Origin: Candidatus Poribacteria bacterium
GTDB lineage: Bacteria; Poribacteria; WGA-4E; WGA-3G
NCBI GenBank assembly: GCA_963663765.2
Contig: CAXXUA010000013.1
Location: 640,001-704,000 of the forward strand
DNA length: 64,000 bases
Direction of reading: 5' to 3'
Each line of letters opens with the position of its first letter. The first letter of the stretch is position 1. The notes beneath the pieces were generated by a model. That model saw only the letters and a list, made by a program, of their open reading frames with translations, did no database searches and was not told the DNA's origin. Below are positions 40,231 through 49,979 of this stretch, one piece after another. The position numbers and the translations under genes are program-made.

Positions 40231-41950
40231 CCTACACTCCGCAGTTATGGATCTGGAAAATAGACATTTTTTACTTCTATGCCTAAAATGTTGATGATTT
40301 GTGTGTGTATTTCATTTAAATTTACAATAGACCGTTGTATATGTTCGTTTTGTTCTATCAATAATACATCAACGCCTTCAAACATTTGAAAAATACGCCT
40401 GAGTGTTGGTTTTTGCGTGGGTTTACCAACTTGGTTAGGTATTGTTTGTTCTTGTTTTTTTAGCTCTTGCCGAACCCATCGTTCGGCAAGAGCGTAAACA
40501 AGTAAAGAAAGTCCCATCACCATCAGTAATGCCATAATCCGCTGGGGTTTTTCAAGATATAGACTATCGGCAAAGAATAAGGGGTCTTTCAAAAACCGAA
40601 AACCGCGTTCTACAGACACGTTCTGTGCTTTATATGCTTCAAGGATAGTCGCATCGTCAAGTAAAGTTGTATCAAGTTCATTGGTAGCTAAGACAAATCG
40701 GCCTTTGCTGCGTTTGAGTTTTTCAATCGTTTCTATATCATCAATAACTTCACCTTCAACCCGATAACGAAAATGTGTCGGTTTAGCTGTCTTTTTGGGG
40801 CGTCCCGATGTAGTGTAATGTGGAACAGAAATAATGGAGAAACGAAGTTTATGATATTTCCATGACTTGGCAAGGACTGTTGCCGCAGATGCCGCAGCTG
40901 TATCGGTCTCATACGTTTTATTTTGTAAACGATTGAGTGATGTTTGTGCGGCTGTCTGTGCTTTGGCAATCTTTTTTACTAAAGTTGCCACTTCACGATG
41001 ATACGCAGCTTGTGAATAAACAACTAACCACCTTTGTGGAACATCCGCATAGGTGCTATCTACTGATAGATAACTATATCCATCAAGAGATGCTGGCTGC
41101 ATATCTTCAGTCGAAATAGTTTGGTAGAGTTCTTTGACAGCTTTGAGTGTTTCCGGCACACGCGTAATAAAACGCACATCACGCAGCTTCGCAATGTTTT
41201 GTGCTGTATAAAGCGCACTATCCGCTACAAAATAAGGGGCATCACTGCCACGCAGTTGAGACAAATATTCTCGGATCGTGTTGGGAAAACTTGTTTTATC
41301 AGACTGATTTCCATCAAGTGCTTCGAACCATACAGGGAACTGAGACCGATAAGAACAGAGAAGTTGAACTACCACTTGTTTGAGATCCGGACGCTGATCC
41401 CGACTATACCCGTGGGTAATGTGAATAGCGTGTTCATCAACTGTTTCGGTATCATAGTTCCCCTGAAAACTAAACGTGGTGCTATCCAGATGAACAAAAC
41501 GATGGTCAATCTCATAAGTTGATAATGCTTTAGAAGCAACTGTCGCAAAAAGTTCGGTAACACCATTTTCATAAAGTGTATCTAAAGCACGCCCAAGACA
41601 ATCGTCCGTGAAATCGGCAGCACAGAGATGAGGGCGTATCAATAGATCCACCGGTTTATTTGAAAAAAACTCAGGTGTCAAGTAGAGTGGGCGTGAGACA
41701 AAGCCTAAAGCATTCAAGATCATAGCAACAACAGATTCACCCACTGAAACTTTCCGTTTCGTTGGGGAAATACAAGTATCAATAGTGTTTATCAAGTCAA
41801 TACGATCACATACACCAGCTACTATGCCGAGGTGATCTAAACGTTGTGTTGTAAAAGTAGATTGAGTGATGATGTTATACTCCTAATATAAAGATATAAA
41901 GAGTATAACATAAATACTTAAAATCTGATTAAACAACTGCGGAGTGTAGG
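40231..41950 (-). mobile_element. Complete IS1634-family element
   Basis: 16-bp perfect TIR cctacactccgcagtt / aactgcggagtgtagg; CATTAT at 40225-40230 and 41951-41956. Confidence 0.92.
40245..41873 (-). CDS. IS1634-family DDE transposase, probably starting at a non-canonical ATC
   Basis: HLDSTT, GYSRDQRPDLKQ, VADSALY, VERGFRFLKDP; frame extends upstream of the called TTG through RLDHLGIVAG to an ATC 6 nt after AGGAG. Confidence 0.9.
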   Translation of the reverse strand: MITQSTFTTQRLDHLGIVAGVCDRIDLINTIDTCISPTKRKVSVGESVVAMILNALGFVSRPLYLTPEFFSNKPVDLLIRPHLCAADFTDDCLGRALDTLYENGVTELFATVASKALSTYEIDHRFVHLDSTTFSFQGNYDTETVDEHAIHITHGYSRDQRPDLKQVVVQLLCSYRSQFPVWFEALDGNQSDKTSFPNTIREYLSQLRGSDAPYFVADSALYTAQNIAKLRDVRFITRVPETLKAVKELYQTISTEDMQPASLDGYSYLSVDSTYADVPQRWLVVYSQAAYHREVATLVKKIAKAQTAAQTSLNRLQNKTYETDTAAASAATVLAKSWKYHKLRFSIISVPHYTTSGRPKKTAKPTHFRYRVEGEVIDDIETIEKLKRSKGRFVLATNELDTTLLDDATILEAYKAQNVSVERGFRFLKDPLFFADSLYLEKPQRIMALLMVMGLSLLVYALAERWVRQELKKQEQTIPNQVGKPTQKPTLRRIFQMFEGVDVLLIEQNEHIQRSIVNLNEIHTQIINILGIEVKNVYFPDP

Positions 41951-41954
41951 CATT

Positions 41955-42995
41955 ATGATTACATTTACACTTTCCGAAAAGAAACAAAGTTTATATTCAG
42001 ATTATTGTCAATTTTTGTTATCAAGTTTTACAAACTTTACACAAACCTATATGGCAGACCATACTGATAAGTGGAGCCACGATCAAATCAATCGGTTTCT
42101 GAGCGGTGAAAACATCCCCGCGAATGAACTTTGGAACTCGGTCAAAAACGACATTGAGTTTGATGATGATGGCTACATTGTTTTTGACGATGTTGTGCTA
42201 CCTAAACTCTATGCGAAAGAGATTGAGGTCCTCCGTTCTCAGTGGAGTGGTAGCGACAAAAAAGTCGTTAAAGGCATTGGTATTGTGACGTGTATCTATG
42301 TCAATCCAAAGACAGAAGAGTATTGGATTATTGATTACCGTATTTATGACATAGATCATGATGGTAAAACCAAAATAGACCATTTACTGGAAATGTTGCA
42401 CAACGCTTACTCTAAAAAACAGATACCGTTTCGGACGGTGCTAATGGATACTTGGTATGCCTCCATGCAAGTTATGAAAGCGATTGAAAAACTTTCTAAG
42501 ATTTACTACGTGCCCCTGAAACGAAATCGTCTTGTAAACGATACGGATGGCGAGCAACCGCACCAACAAGTCCAAGACCTATCTTGGACCCGGACAGAAA
42601 TCCGGCAAGGGAAAAGCGTGCACATCAAGAAGTTTCCAAAAGGGTATCAAGTAAAGTTGTTCCGGATAGCCTCCTCTACCGGGCGCACGGAATATATTGT
42701 GACAAACGATTTATCTCAATCGGATGCGGATGCGGCACACCAAGAATGTCGTATACGTTGGAAGATTGAACAACTCCATCGTGAGATCAAACAAGTCACG
42801 GGTATTGGCAAATGTCAATGTCGCAAGTTGCGTGCCCAAAGAAATCATATTGCCTGTTGTTTTCAAATATGGGTCTGTTTGAAACGTGTTGCGCGTAAAC
42901 TTGGCAAAACAATTTATGAACTTAAACAAAGTTTATTGGATGATTATATGCGATATCAACTCTCAAATCCATCGATAATCTTTGAGACTGCGTAA
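41955..42995 (+). CDS. IS701-family DDE transposase
   Basis: SHDQINRFL, YIVFDD, IDYRIYD..DGKTK, VLMDTWY, RWKIEQLHREIKQ..G..CQCR. Confidence 0.9.
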   Translation: MITFTLSEKKQSLYSDYCQFLLSSFTNFTQTYMADHTDKWSHDQINRFLSGENIPANELWNSVKNDIEFDDDGYIVFDDVVLPKLYAKEIEVLRSQWSGSDKKVVKGIGIVTCIYVNPKTEEYWIIDYRIYDIDHDGKTKIDHLLEMLHNAYSKKQIPFRTVLMDTWYASMQVMKAIEKLSKIYYVPLKRNRLVNDTDGEQPHQQVQDLSWTRTEIRQGKSVHIKKFPKGYQVKLFRIASSTGRTEYIVTNDLSQSDADAAHQECRIRWKIEQLHREIKQVTGIGKCQCRKLRAQRNHIACCFQIWVCLKRVARKLGKTIYELKQSLLDDYMRYQLSNPSIIFETA

Positions 42996-43074
42996 GTCCT
43001 GAAACTAAATAACCCTGCCCCAAATACACAAACAAATATACCTTTAACAACAAAATATGGTATAATACATTATT

Positions 43075-43827
43075 ATGAAAATTCAGAAACTTCAAAAACA
43101 AATTCATGTCCTTTTTCTATTGCTGGCGGTTGCTCTCATATCAGCATGTGACACAGGCAACTTGCTGGACATAGACAGAGAGATGCTTGATATTGATTTA
43201 GAAACAAATGCACAAAATGTCAATATCGGTGATACAACGACAATAAACGCACTCATAGATTATTCTGGGGATGTAGCAGTGTTGGTTTACGAATGGGACA
43301 CAAACGGTGGAAGGATTGTCGGGGACGGTACGAGTGTCGTTTTCGTTGCACCAGAAACTGCTGGCACCTATACGATTACGCTTGAAGTCAGTGACGGAAC
43401 GGTATCAGAACAAGAGAATATTCAGATACAAGTAGATTTAGGTAATGCCATAATTGCGATGCCTAACCGATATTGGCAAGGCACCACTTTTTCACAAACA
43501 TTGTCATTTCGTTTGAACATAGAAGAACTATTTAGGGATAACATTACATTACGATATGAGATACTTCAGGACACTGCTCAAGCGGGAGCGTTCCTGAGTA
43601 TTGCTATTGACGGTACGTCTGTCATTCAGGACAAAAGAATCGGCAGTGTACAACCAGCACGAATGATGAGTATTGCGGATGATGTTGATGTGACCTCAAT
43701 TATATCTACACCAGGGAATTATGAACTGACATTATCACTTGAAATCGTAAATGTTATGGAAGATGCTTGGTTGCTCCAGAAACTTACTATCATTGGTGCA
43801 GAAGGCACACTTTCAGAGATTCGTTGA
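43075..43827 (+). CDS. Lipoprotein with Ig/PKD-like domain
   Basis: Lipobox LISAC; YEWDTNGG..FVAPETAGTYTITLEVSDG. Confidence 0.75.
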   Translation: MKIQKLQKQIHVLFLLLAVALISACDTGNLLDIDREMLDIDLETNAQNVNIGDTTTINALIDYSGDVAVLVYEWDTNGGRIVGDGTSVVFVAPETAGTYTITLEVSDGTVSEQENIQIQVDLGNAIIAMPNRYWQGTTFSQTLSFRLNIEELFRDNITLRYEILQDTAQAGAFLSIAIDGTSVIQDKRIGSVQPARMMSIADDVDVTSIISTPGNYELTLSLEIVNVMEDAWLLQKLTIIGAEGTLSEIR

Positions 43828-43840
43828 CACAACAGGAATT

Positions 43841-44950
43841 GTGGTGGAAGCCAAACTACAAACGCACGTAGAAGTTGACCTAAACGCCATTCAGAACAAC
43901 GCTTTAGAAATAAAAGCATGGACTGGTAAGCAATTAATTGCCGTTGTAAAAGCAGATGCGTATGGACACGGAGCCATTCCAGTTTCAAAAGCACTGCATA
44001 CAATTGCGGATATGTTCGCTGTCGCAACTGTTCAGGAAGGTATTGAACTACGTGAAGCAGGAATCCAAAATCCAATACTCATTCTATTTAGTCCGCTGCC
44101 AGAATTGGCTACAGAAATTGTAGCAAACAATTTGATCCCCGCAATAGATAATTGGGATTTAGCACAACGGTTAAATCAAGAGAAAGTTAAACATTCAAAG
44201 CACAATTCAAACGAAAGAATTAAGATACATATTGATGTCAATACTGGGATGAATCGTTGTGGTGTCCACTATTCACAAGTCAGTAAGTTTCTAAAAGAAC
44301 TCAGAGAATTGCAAGACCTTAAGGTAGCAGGTATCTTCACACATTTTGCAACAGCGGATGAGGAAGATAAAAGTTTTGCACATATTCAAATAGAAAGGTT
44401 TGCTTCCATACTTCCTAACATATCAGACATCCCGATGAAACATGTTGCTAACAGTGCAGCCGTTCTCGCAATAACAGAATCCCATTTTGATGCAGTCCGT
44501 CCGGGTTTGAGTCTTTACGGCATCTATCCCGCAAACGAAAAACCGATCCAATTACAACCTGCATTAACGTGGAAAGCTCCTGTTGGATGGGTAGGCTCAA
44601 TCGCATCTGGTGAAGGTGTGAGTTATGGATTGACATATACACCATCTGATCGCAAACGTGTCGCGGGTATACAGATCGGTTATGGTGACGGTTATCCTCG
44701 TTCACTCTCTAACATCGGTGAAGTATTGATTGGCGGTTTACGCAGACCCATTGTCGGACGTGTCTGCATGGATATGATAGTGGTTGGATTGGAAACTTCA
44801 GACAAAGTCTCTGTTAGTGATGAAGTCGTTCTAATCGGCAAACAGGGGAATGAGGAAATAACTATTAATGAAATCGCGGAAAAAGCAAACACAATTTCCT
44901 ACGAAATTCTAACAAACATTGGAAAACGCGTAAAACGAATCTATTCGTAA
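43841..44950 (+). CDS. alr: Alanine racemase
   Basis: AVVKADAYGHG, NTGMNRCG, FTHFATAD, GYGDGY, GRVCMD; in-frame GTG at 43841 after AGGA avoids the overlap with the upstream gene. Confidence 0.95.
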   Translation: MVEAKLQTHVEVDLNAIQNNALEIKAWTGKQLIAVVKADAYGHGAIPVSKALHTIADMFAVATVQEGIELREAGIQNPILILFSPLPELATEIVANNLIPAIDNWDLAQRLNQEKVKHSKHNSNERIKIHIDVNTGMNRCGVHYSQVSKFLKELRELQDLKVAGIFTHFATADEEDKSFAHIQIERFASILPNISDIPMKHVANSAAVLAITESHFDAVRPGLSLYGIYPANEKPIQLQPALTWKAPVGWVGSIASGEGVSYGLTYTPSDRKRVAGIQIGYGDGYPRSLSNIGEVLIGGLRRPIVGRVCMDMIVVGLETSDKVSVSDEVVLIGKQGNEEITINEIAEKANTISYEILTNIGKRVKRIYS

Positions 44951-44954
44951 TATA

Positions 44955-44990
44955 TTATGCACATATTTATGCACATATTTATGCACATAT
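44955..44990. repeat. 12-bp tandem repeat, 3 copies
   Basis: ttatgcacatat x3 in the 50-bp intergenic gap. Confidence 0.8.
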
Positions 44991-45000
44991 TAGAAATCAA

Positions 45001-45918
45001 ATGTTAATTGAAGTCAATAATTTATCTGTCTTTTTTGGAACAAATGCTGCATTAGACGATCTCTCTGTAGAATTAGAGGGGGGTGCAATAGGCTTGTTGG
45101 GACCCAACGGAGCAGGAAAAAGCACCTTGATTAAAATGCTACTCGGATTTATTAAACCGAGTCATGGTGCAGCAAAAGTATTCGGATTAGATGTGCAAGT
45201 CAATCAAGTGAATATCCGACAAAAGATGGGATATATGCCGGAAGACGATTGCCTAATTCCGTTAATGAACGCGGTTCAACTTGTGGCTTATGCAGGAGAA
45301 CTCTGTGGCATGCCATCACGCGATGCGATGCAACGTGCCCACGAAGTGCTATACTATGTCGGTATTGATGAAGAACGTTACCGACCCATAAGTGGGTATT
45401 CGGCAGGTATGCGACAACGGGTGAAATTAGCACAAGCATTGGTTCACGATCCTGACCTTCTATTACTTGATGAACCAACAAACGGAATGGATACAACGGG
45501 AAGAGAGGAGATGCTATTACTTGTTAAAGACATTGCTGTAGATAAGGGGATAGACGTGGTTCTATCTTCCCATCTATTGCCAGATGTAGAATCTGCATGC
45601 CGACATGTGATAGCACTTTCTCACGGCAGCCTTGTGATACAAGGTAATATAGATGAACTCAGAAAAAACCACGGACAAGCATTTGACCTAAAAATTGTTG
45701 GTGATCGTGATGCCTATGTCAATGCATTAGAAGACTATCCTTATGATACAGAATTACGTCCTGATGGTCATGTGCGTGTTACTTCAAAAGCAACGGAGCA
45801 AACACAAGGATCGTTCTTCTTCACATTGGCACATGAAACAGGTGTTCAACTCCGTCAAATGAGAGAAGTAAAACACTCTCTTGAGGATGTTTTTGCTGAC
45901 GCAATGGAAATGGATTGA
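45001..45918 (+). CDS. ABC transporter ATP-binding protein (ABC-2 type)
   Basis: GPNGAGKST, YSAGMRQR, LLLDEPT, SSH. Confidence 0.93.
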   Translation: MLIEVNNLSVFFGTNAALDDLSVELEGGAIGLLGPNGAGKSTLIKMLLGFIKPSHGAAKVFGLDVQVNQVNIRQKMGYMPEDDCLIPLMNAVQLVAYAGELCGMPSRDAMQRAHEVLYYVGIDEERYRPISGYSAGMRQRVKLAQALVHDPDLLLLDEPTNGMDTTGREEMLLLVKDIAVDKGIDVVLSSHLLPDVESACRHVIALSHGSLVIQGNIDELRKNHGQAFDLKIVGDRDAYVNALEDYPYDTELRPDGHVRVTSKATEQTQGSFFFTLAHETGVQLRQMREVKHSLEDVFADAMEMD

Positions 45919-45960
45919 TACACAATCTCTCTTAAGGGATGTTAGTAGAAAGGAAATCAG

Positions 45961-47292
45961 ATGACAGATCAAGATAACCTCATTGAAGTTGGTGTGGCAC
46001 ATATAGACATTACCCCAGAATACCCAATCCGACTCAACGGATACGGAAGTCGACGAACAGAATCCGAAGGAATTATCCAACGAATATATGCAAAAGCACT
46101 TGTTATCGGCAGTGATGATGAAAACCCCGTTGCTATGATAATGGTAGAAAACTGTGGATTACCGGATGAGTTAACCGAGGAGGTGTCTGCCCGTGTAGAG
46201 CATAAGTCAGGTATTCCACGTGAGAGATTTGTTTCTTGCTACACACATACGCACAGTGCACCGTGTTTGACTGGTGCTGCATCGTTTATCTTTAGTGCTG
46301 ATGTTTCACCTGAAGAGCAGGAGACGATTGATCGTTACACGCAACATCTGAAAAACTGGATGGAAGCAGTCGTATTGGAAGCACTCACAAAGCGTAAACC
46401 GTGTCGCATGAAATGGAATGTTGGTGAACTCGGATTTGCGAAAAATCGGCGTACTGATGGTGGACCAGTAGATCACTCGTTACCTGTCATTCAGTTTGTT
46501 GATGAAGATGACACTTTACGGGCAATATGGACAAGTTATGCGTGCCATTGTACAACATTAGCAGGTTCTGACAACCACATCTGTGGAGATTGGGCTGGTT
46601 TCGCACATGAGGAAATTCAGAGGAAACACCCGGAAACGACAGCATTCATAACCATCGGATGTGGTGCTGATGCAAACCCAGAATCACGGATGCGACCCAT
46701 GCCTGAAGACAAACAAGAGGTTTTTGTTACCCGTCTTGCTTATGCTAAAGAACATGGACAGGCACTTGCACAAGAGGTAGAACACCAACTTGAACGAGAT
46801 GTCAATACTTTATCTAATGTGCCGAAAAGCGTACTTGAAAGAGTGAATTTGCCTTTTGACAAACTGCCAACCCGTGAGGAATGGGAAGCAAAAGCAGCAC
46901 AAGGTGGTGCAGTTGGATACCATGCCAAAAAACACCTTGAGATGTTAGACATTGAACAAGACATAAAGACTGAGATATCTTATCCGATACAGGTATGGAC
47001 CTTCGGTGATGAATTGGCAATTCTCTTCCTTGCAAGTGAGGTTGTCGTAGATTATTCGCTACGACTGAAAAAGGAGTTTGATGCAACAAGGCTATGGGTC
47101 GGTGCATACTCAAACGCTTTTCCAGGTTATATACCATCTGAACGGGTGTTAGCAGAAGGGGGTTACGAAGGTGGCGGTGCAATGATCTATTTCGGTCAAC
47201 CGACGAGATTTGCTCCCGGTGTTGAACAATTGATAATTGATGTAGTACATAATTTACTACCTTCAGAATTTCTTACAAAATCCAACAACTGA
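45961..47292 (+). CDS. Neutral/alkaline ceramidase N-terminal-domain family hydrolase
   Basis: DITP..LNGYG.R, THTHSAP, YACHCT, GCGADANP, GYIPS..EGGYEG. Confidence 0.8.
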   Translation: MTDQDNLIEVGVAHIDITPEYPIRLNGYGSRRTESEGIIQRIYAKALVIGSDDENPVAMIMVENCGLPDELTEEVSARVEHKSGIPRERFVSCYTHTHSAPCLTGAASFIFSADVSPEEQETIDRYTQHLKNWMEAVVLEALTKRKPCRMKWNVGELGFAKNRRTDGGPVDHSLPVIQFVDEDDTLRAIWTSYACHCTTLAGSDNHICGDWAGFAHEEIQRKHPETTAFITIGCGADANPESRMRPMPEDKQEVFVTRLAYAKEHGQALAQEVEHQLERDVNTLSNVPKSVLERVNLPFDKLPTREEWEAKAAQGGAVGYHAKKHLEMLDIEQDIKTEISYPIQVWTFGDELAILFLASEVVVDYSLRLKKEFDATRLWVGAYSNAFPGYIPSERVLAEGGYEGGGAMIYFGQPTRFAPGVEQLIIDVVHNLLPSEFLTKSNN

Positions 47293-47305
47293 AAGAGAGA
47301 ATGAA

Positions 47306-48061
47306 ATGGAAATTAGACAAAATAAGATTAAACAGAAATTGGCAAATGATGAACTTGCCTATATTGTCGCAGGATTGACAAATGCAGATGATATTGATGC
47401 TTTTGGTCCTAATGGATACGATGGTGTGTGGTTGGAAGGTGAACATGGCAATGTAACCGCATTGAACCTAAGTGACCTTACCCGTGCATGTGATATATGG
47501 GGTATGGCTCCTATTGTTCGTGTCAATCGCAATGATCAAGCACTTATCTACCGCACATTAGATTGCGGTGCAATGGGTATCGTTGTGCCGCATGTCAACA
47601 ACAAAGCAGAAGCACAAAATGTAGTTGATGGTGGAAAGTTTGCACCAATTGGACATCGTGGGATGTATACAAGCCGTCAAGGATACGGTGTTGAAAACTA
47701 TCTTGAGGTTGCTAATGAACAGACGTTACTGGTTGTCTTAATAGAAGATATTGTGGCAGTTGAGAACTTGGACGAAATCCTTACTGTTGAACATATTGAT
47801 GTGTTCTTTGTAGCACCTTCGGATTTGGCAACGTCAATGGGACACATCGGCAATAATGACCATCCAGATGTTCAGAACACCATTGACACGACACTGGCAC
47901 GTATCCAAGATGCAGGACGGGTTGCAGGTACCATGACATCAACTGCTACTGTTGAGAAATATGCCAAAGCAGGTGTGCAGTTTTTACTTGTTGGTGTTGG
48001 GGAATGGATCTCAGCTGGTGCTGCGGAATATAAACTACGTGCAGAACGTGTGAAAAACTGA
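47306..48061 (+). CDS. HpcH/HpaI aldolase family protein
   Basis: WLEGEHG, LDCGAMGIVVPHV, LIED, FVAPSDL. Confidence 0.88.
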   Translation: MEIRQNKIKQKLANDELAYIVAGLTNADDIDAFGPNGYDGVWLEGEHGNVTALNLSDLTRACDIWGMAPIVRVNRNDQALIYRTLDCGAMGIVVPHVNNKAEAQNVVDGGKFAPIGHRGMYTSRQGYGVENYLEVANEQTLLVVLIEDIVAVENLDEILTVEHIDVFFVAPSDLATSMGHIGNNDHPDVQNTIDTTLARIQDAGRVAGTMTSTATVEKYAKAGVQFLLVGVGEWISAGAAEYKLRAERVKN

Positions 48062-48095
48062 ACTATCCTTAATGCGTCTGTAAAAGGAGATTGAT

Positions 48096-48380
48096 ATGAG
48101 GGATTTCTTTAATTTCAAACGAATGCTCATTCCCATAATCATACCAACTCTATTTAGGTTAAGTATCTATTTTTGTATCGTTGCAGGTATCTATCAGATT
48201 ATCCAACATATTAATTTATTCGGTGCTGATTTAGTTAGTATTCTTCTATTAGCAATATATTGGTTAGTGCTTGCGCCGCTTTTTCTGCGTATCATCTGTG
48301 AAGTATTAATCATCCTATCAAACATAAACGACAGTCTAACAGAGATTAAGAATCAACCGAAACTTAAACACGAGGAATAA
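48096..48380 (+). CDS. DUF4282-like small membrane protein
   Basis: DFFNFKRMLIP start, two TM helices, RIICE..I...L.EI. Confidence 0.7.
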   Translation: MRDFFNFKRMLIPIIIPTLFRLSIYFCIVAGIYQIIQHINLFGADLVSILLLAIYWLVLAPLFLRIICEVLIILSNINDSLTEIKNQPKLKHEE

Positions 48381-48395
48381 AATCAGTAAAATGCT

Positions 48396-48941
48396 ATGAA
48401 AATCTATACCAAATTTGGTGATACTGGTGAAACTGCACTCTATGGTGGTACACGTACTCCGAAAGACGCACTGCAGATTGAAGCAATTGGAACAGTCGAC
48501 GAACTCAATGCTTATATCGGTTATGCACAAACGTTGATAGACGATGCCGATCTAACTGATTTACTTGTGCGTATTCAAAATCAACTTTTTTCACTCGGAG
48601 CAGATTTAGCTACACCCACGAATCATACGAAGTCCGCTGAGATGCGAATCTCTGCTGAATTCACATCAGAGATGGAAAAAGCCATTGATACCCTCTCTGA
48701 TGAACTTCCGCCACTGACGAACTTCATTTTGCCCGGTGGTGGTGCCGCAGGTGCTGTTCTTCATGTTTCCCGTGCTGTGTGTCGCCGAAGTGAACGGTGC
48801 GTTGTAAGACTAACCCGTGAAGTAAAAGATGTAAATCCAGAAATAATCCGTTGTCTTAATAGACTATCAGACCTATTGTTTGTTATGGCACGCGTGGTAA
48901 ACAACCGAACAAAAATACCAGAACCGATCTGGGAATCTTAG
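48396..48941 (+). CDS. PduO-type ATP:cob(I)alamin adenosyltransferase
   Basis: KIYTKFGDTGET, GTVDELN, FILPGG, RAVCRRSER, LNRLSDLLF. Confidence 0.92.
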   Translation: MKIYTKFGDTGETALYGGTRTPKDALQIEAIGTVDELNAYIGYAQTLIDDADLTDLLVRIQNQLFSLGADLATPTNHTKSAEMRISAEFTSEMEKAIDTLSDELPPLTNFILPGGGAAGAVLHVSRAVCRRSERCVVRLTREVKDVNPEIIRCLNRLSDLLFVMARVVNNRTKIPEPIWES

Positions 48942-48952
48942 GGAATATAACT

Positions 48953-49351
48953 GTGGATAAGAACATTGAGGGTCTTGTAGAGAAACATTATTGGCGCGCT
49001 GTGTCATTTCTGATCATTCTCATTTTGTTGGGAACGGGATTCTGGAGTTTGCGACGATTTCACCCAACTTTATTCCTCGGCAAACCAGATTTTATCGCTG
49101 TTCCAAACGAAGCACTTCCAAAACAGGACATTCCAAAACTAATTGAAACTAAACCGAAACTTCTTAATATCAATACTGCTACTGCAGAAGAACTTCAAAC
49201 TCTTTCTGGGATTGGTCCGCAGATGTCACAAAAGATTATCCAACATCGTGAAGCGTATGGGAGTTTTTCTTCTGTGAAGGATTTGATGAATGTGAAAGGA
49301 ATCGGTGAAAAGACGTTAGAGAAGTTGAAGCCGTTTATTAGTGTGGAATAA
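48953..49351 (+). CDS. comEA: ComEA-like helix-hairpin-helix DNA-binding protein
   Basis: N-terminal TM; LNINTATAEELQTLSGIGP; VKGIGEKTLEKL. Confidence 0.85.
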   Translation: MDKNIEGLVEKHYWRAVSFLIILILLGTGFWSLRRFHPTLFLGKPDFIAVPNEALPKQDIPKLIETKPKLLNINTATAEELQTLSGIGPQMSQKIIQHREAYGSFSSVKDLMNVKGIGEKTLEKLKPFISVE

Positions 49352-49379
49352 AGCACATCACATGTTTTCAAATGAAGCG

Positions 49380-49979
49380 TTATAACATACCATTTTCAGT
49401 AAAAACATGTTGCATTGGAACATCCCAAGGTTGAGGACATAAATTTTTCACTATTTGTATCTGAAATGCAAGACCTGCGGTTACCGCATTCGGACAGGTG
49501 GGTAGAAAACGGTCATAAAACCCTTTGCCATATCCGAGACGATTGCCAGCTAAATCAAAAGCAACTCCTGGAACGAGGATAAGTTGGATCTGATCATGTG
49601 GAAAAACAGGACAACTTTGATTAGCTTCCATCATACCATAACGGTGTTTAACCAGATCATCTTTCAAATTCTGAATATGTCTTGGAATAAGTTTACCACT
49701 CTCCATATCAACTACGGGAGAAATTACCTGTATTCCTTGTTTGAGAAGGACATCACACAGTTCCCATGTTTCTACTTCACTTCTCATACTCAGATAAACC
49801 ATCATCGCTTCTAAAGACCAACATTCACTTTGCTCAATCCATTCCAAAACATTTTGTACAATGTGTTTGCTGTACAAAGTACGCTCAACATTAGTAAGCT
49901 TATCACGTTTTCGTAGCGTATCTACACGAATGGATTCCCGTATATGTGCGTTACCCATTTTTTCAGTCTTTCCATTCAA
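49380..49979 (-). CDS. 5-formyltetrahydrofolate cyclo-ligase
   Basis: LVPGVAFD..GNRLGYGKGFYDRFL; WDVPM. Confidence 0.92.
   Translation of the reverse strand: MNGKTEKMGNAHIRESIRVDTLRKRDKLTNVERTLYSKHIVQNVLEWIEQSECWSLEAMMVYLSMRSEVETWELCDVLLKQGIQVISPVVDMESGKLIPRHIQNLKDDLVKHRYGMMEANQSCPVFPHDQIQLILVPGVAFDLAGNRLGYGKGFYDRFLPTCPNAVTAGLAFQIQIVKNLCPQPWDVPMQHVFTENGML

Larger units (their letters stand above)
40185..43001 (+). mobile_element. IS701-family element interrupted by IS1634
   Basis: 13-bp perfect TIR caggacttacgca / tgcgtaagtcctg; AAACT at 40180-40184 and 43002-43006. Confidence 0.88.
39950..43017. mobile_element. CAGGG-ended MITE acting as host for two nested ISs
   Basis: cagggttatttagtttt at 39950 and aaactaaataaccctg ending 43017; flanks taccaaataa / ccccaaatac match 7/10. 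Confidence 0.75.

Noticed and set aside
43751-43840. Extended N-terminus of alr
   Set aside because: Overlaps the upstream gene by 77 bp; the in-frame GTG at 43841 has an RBS.
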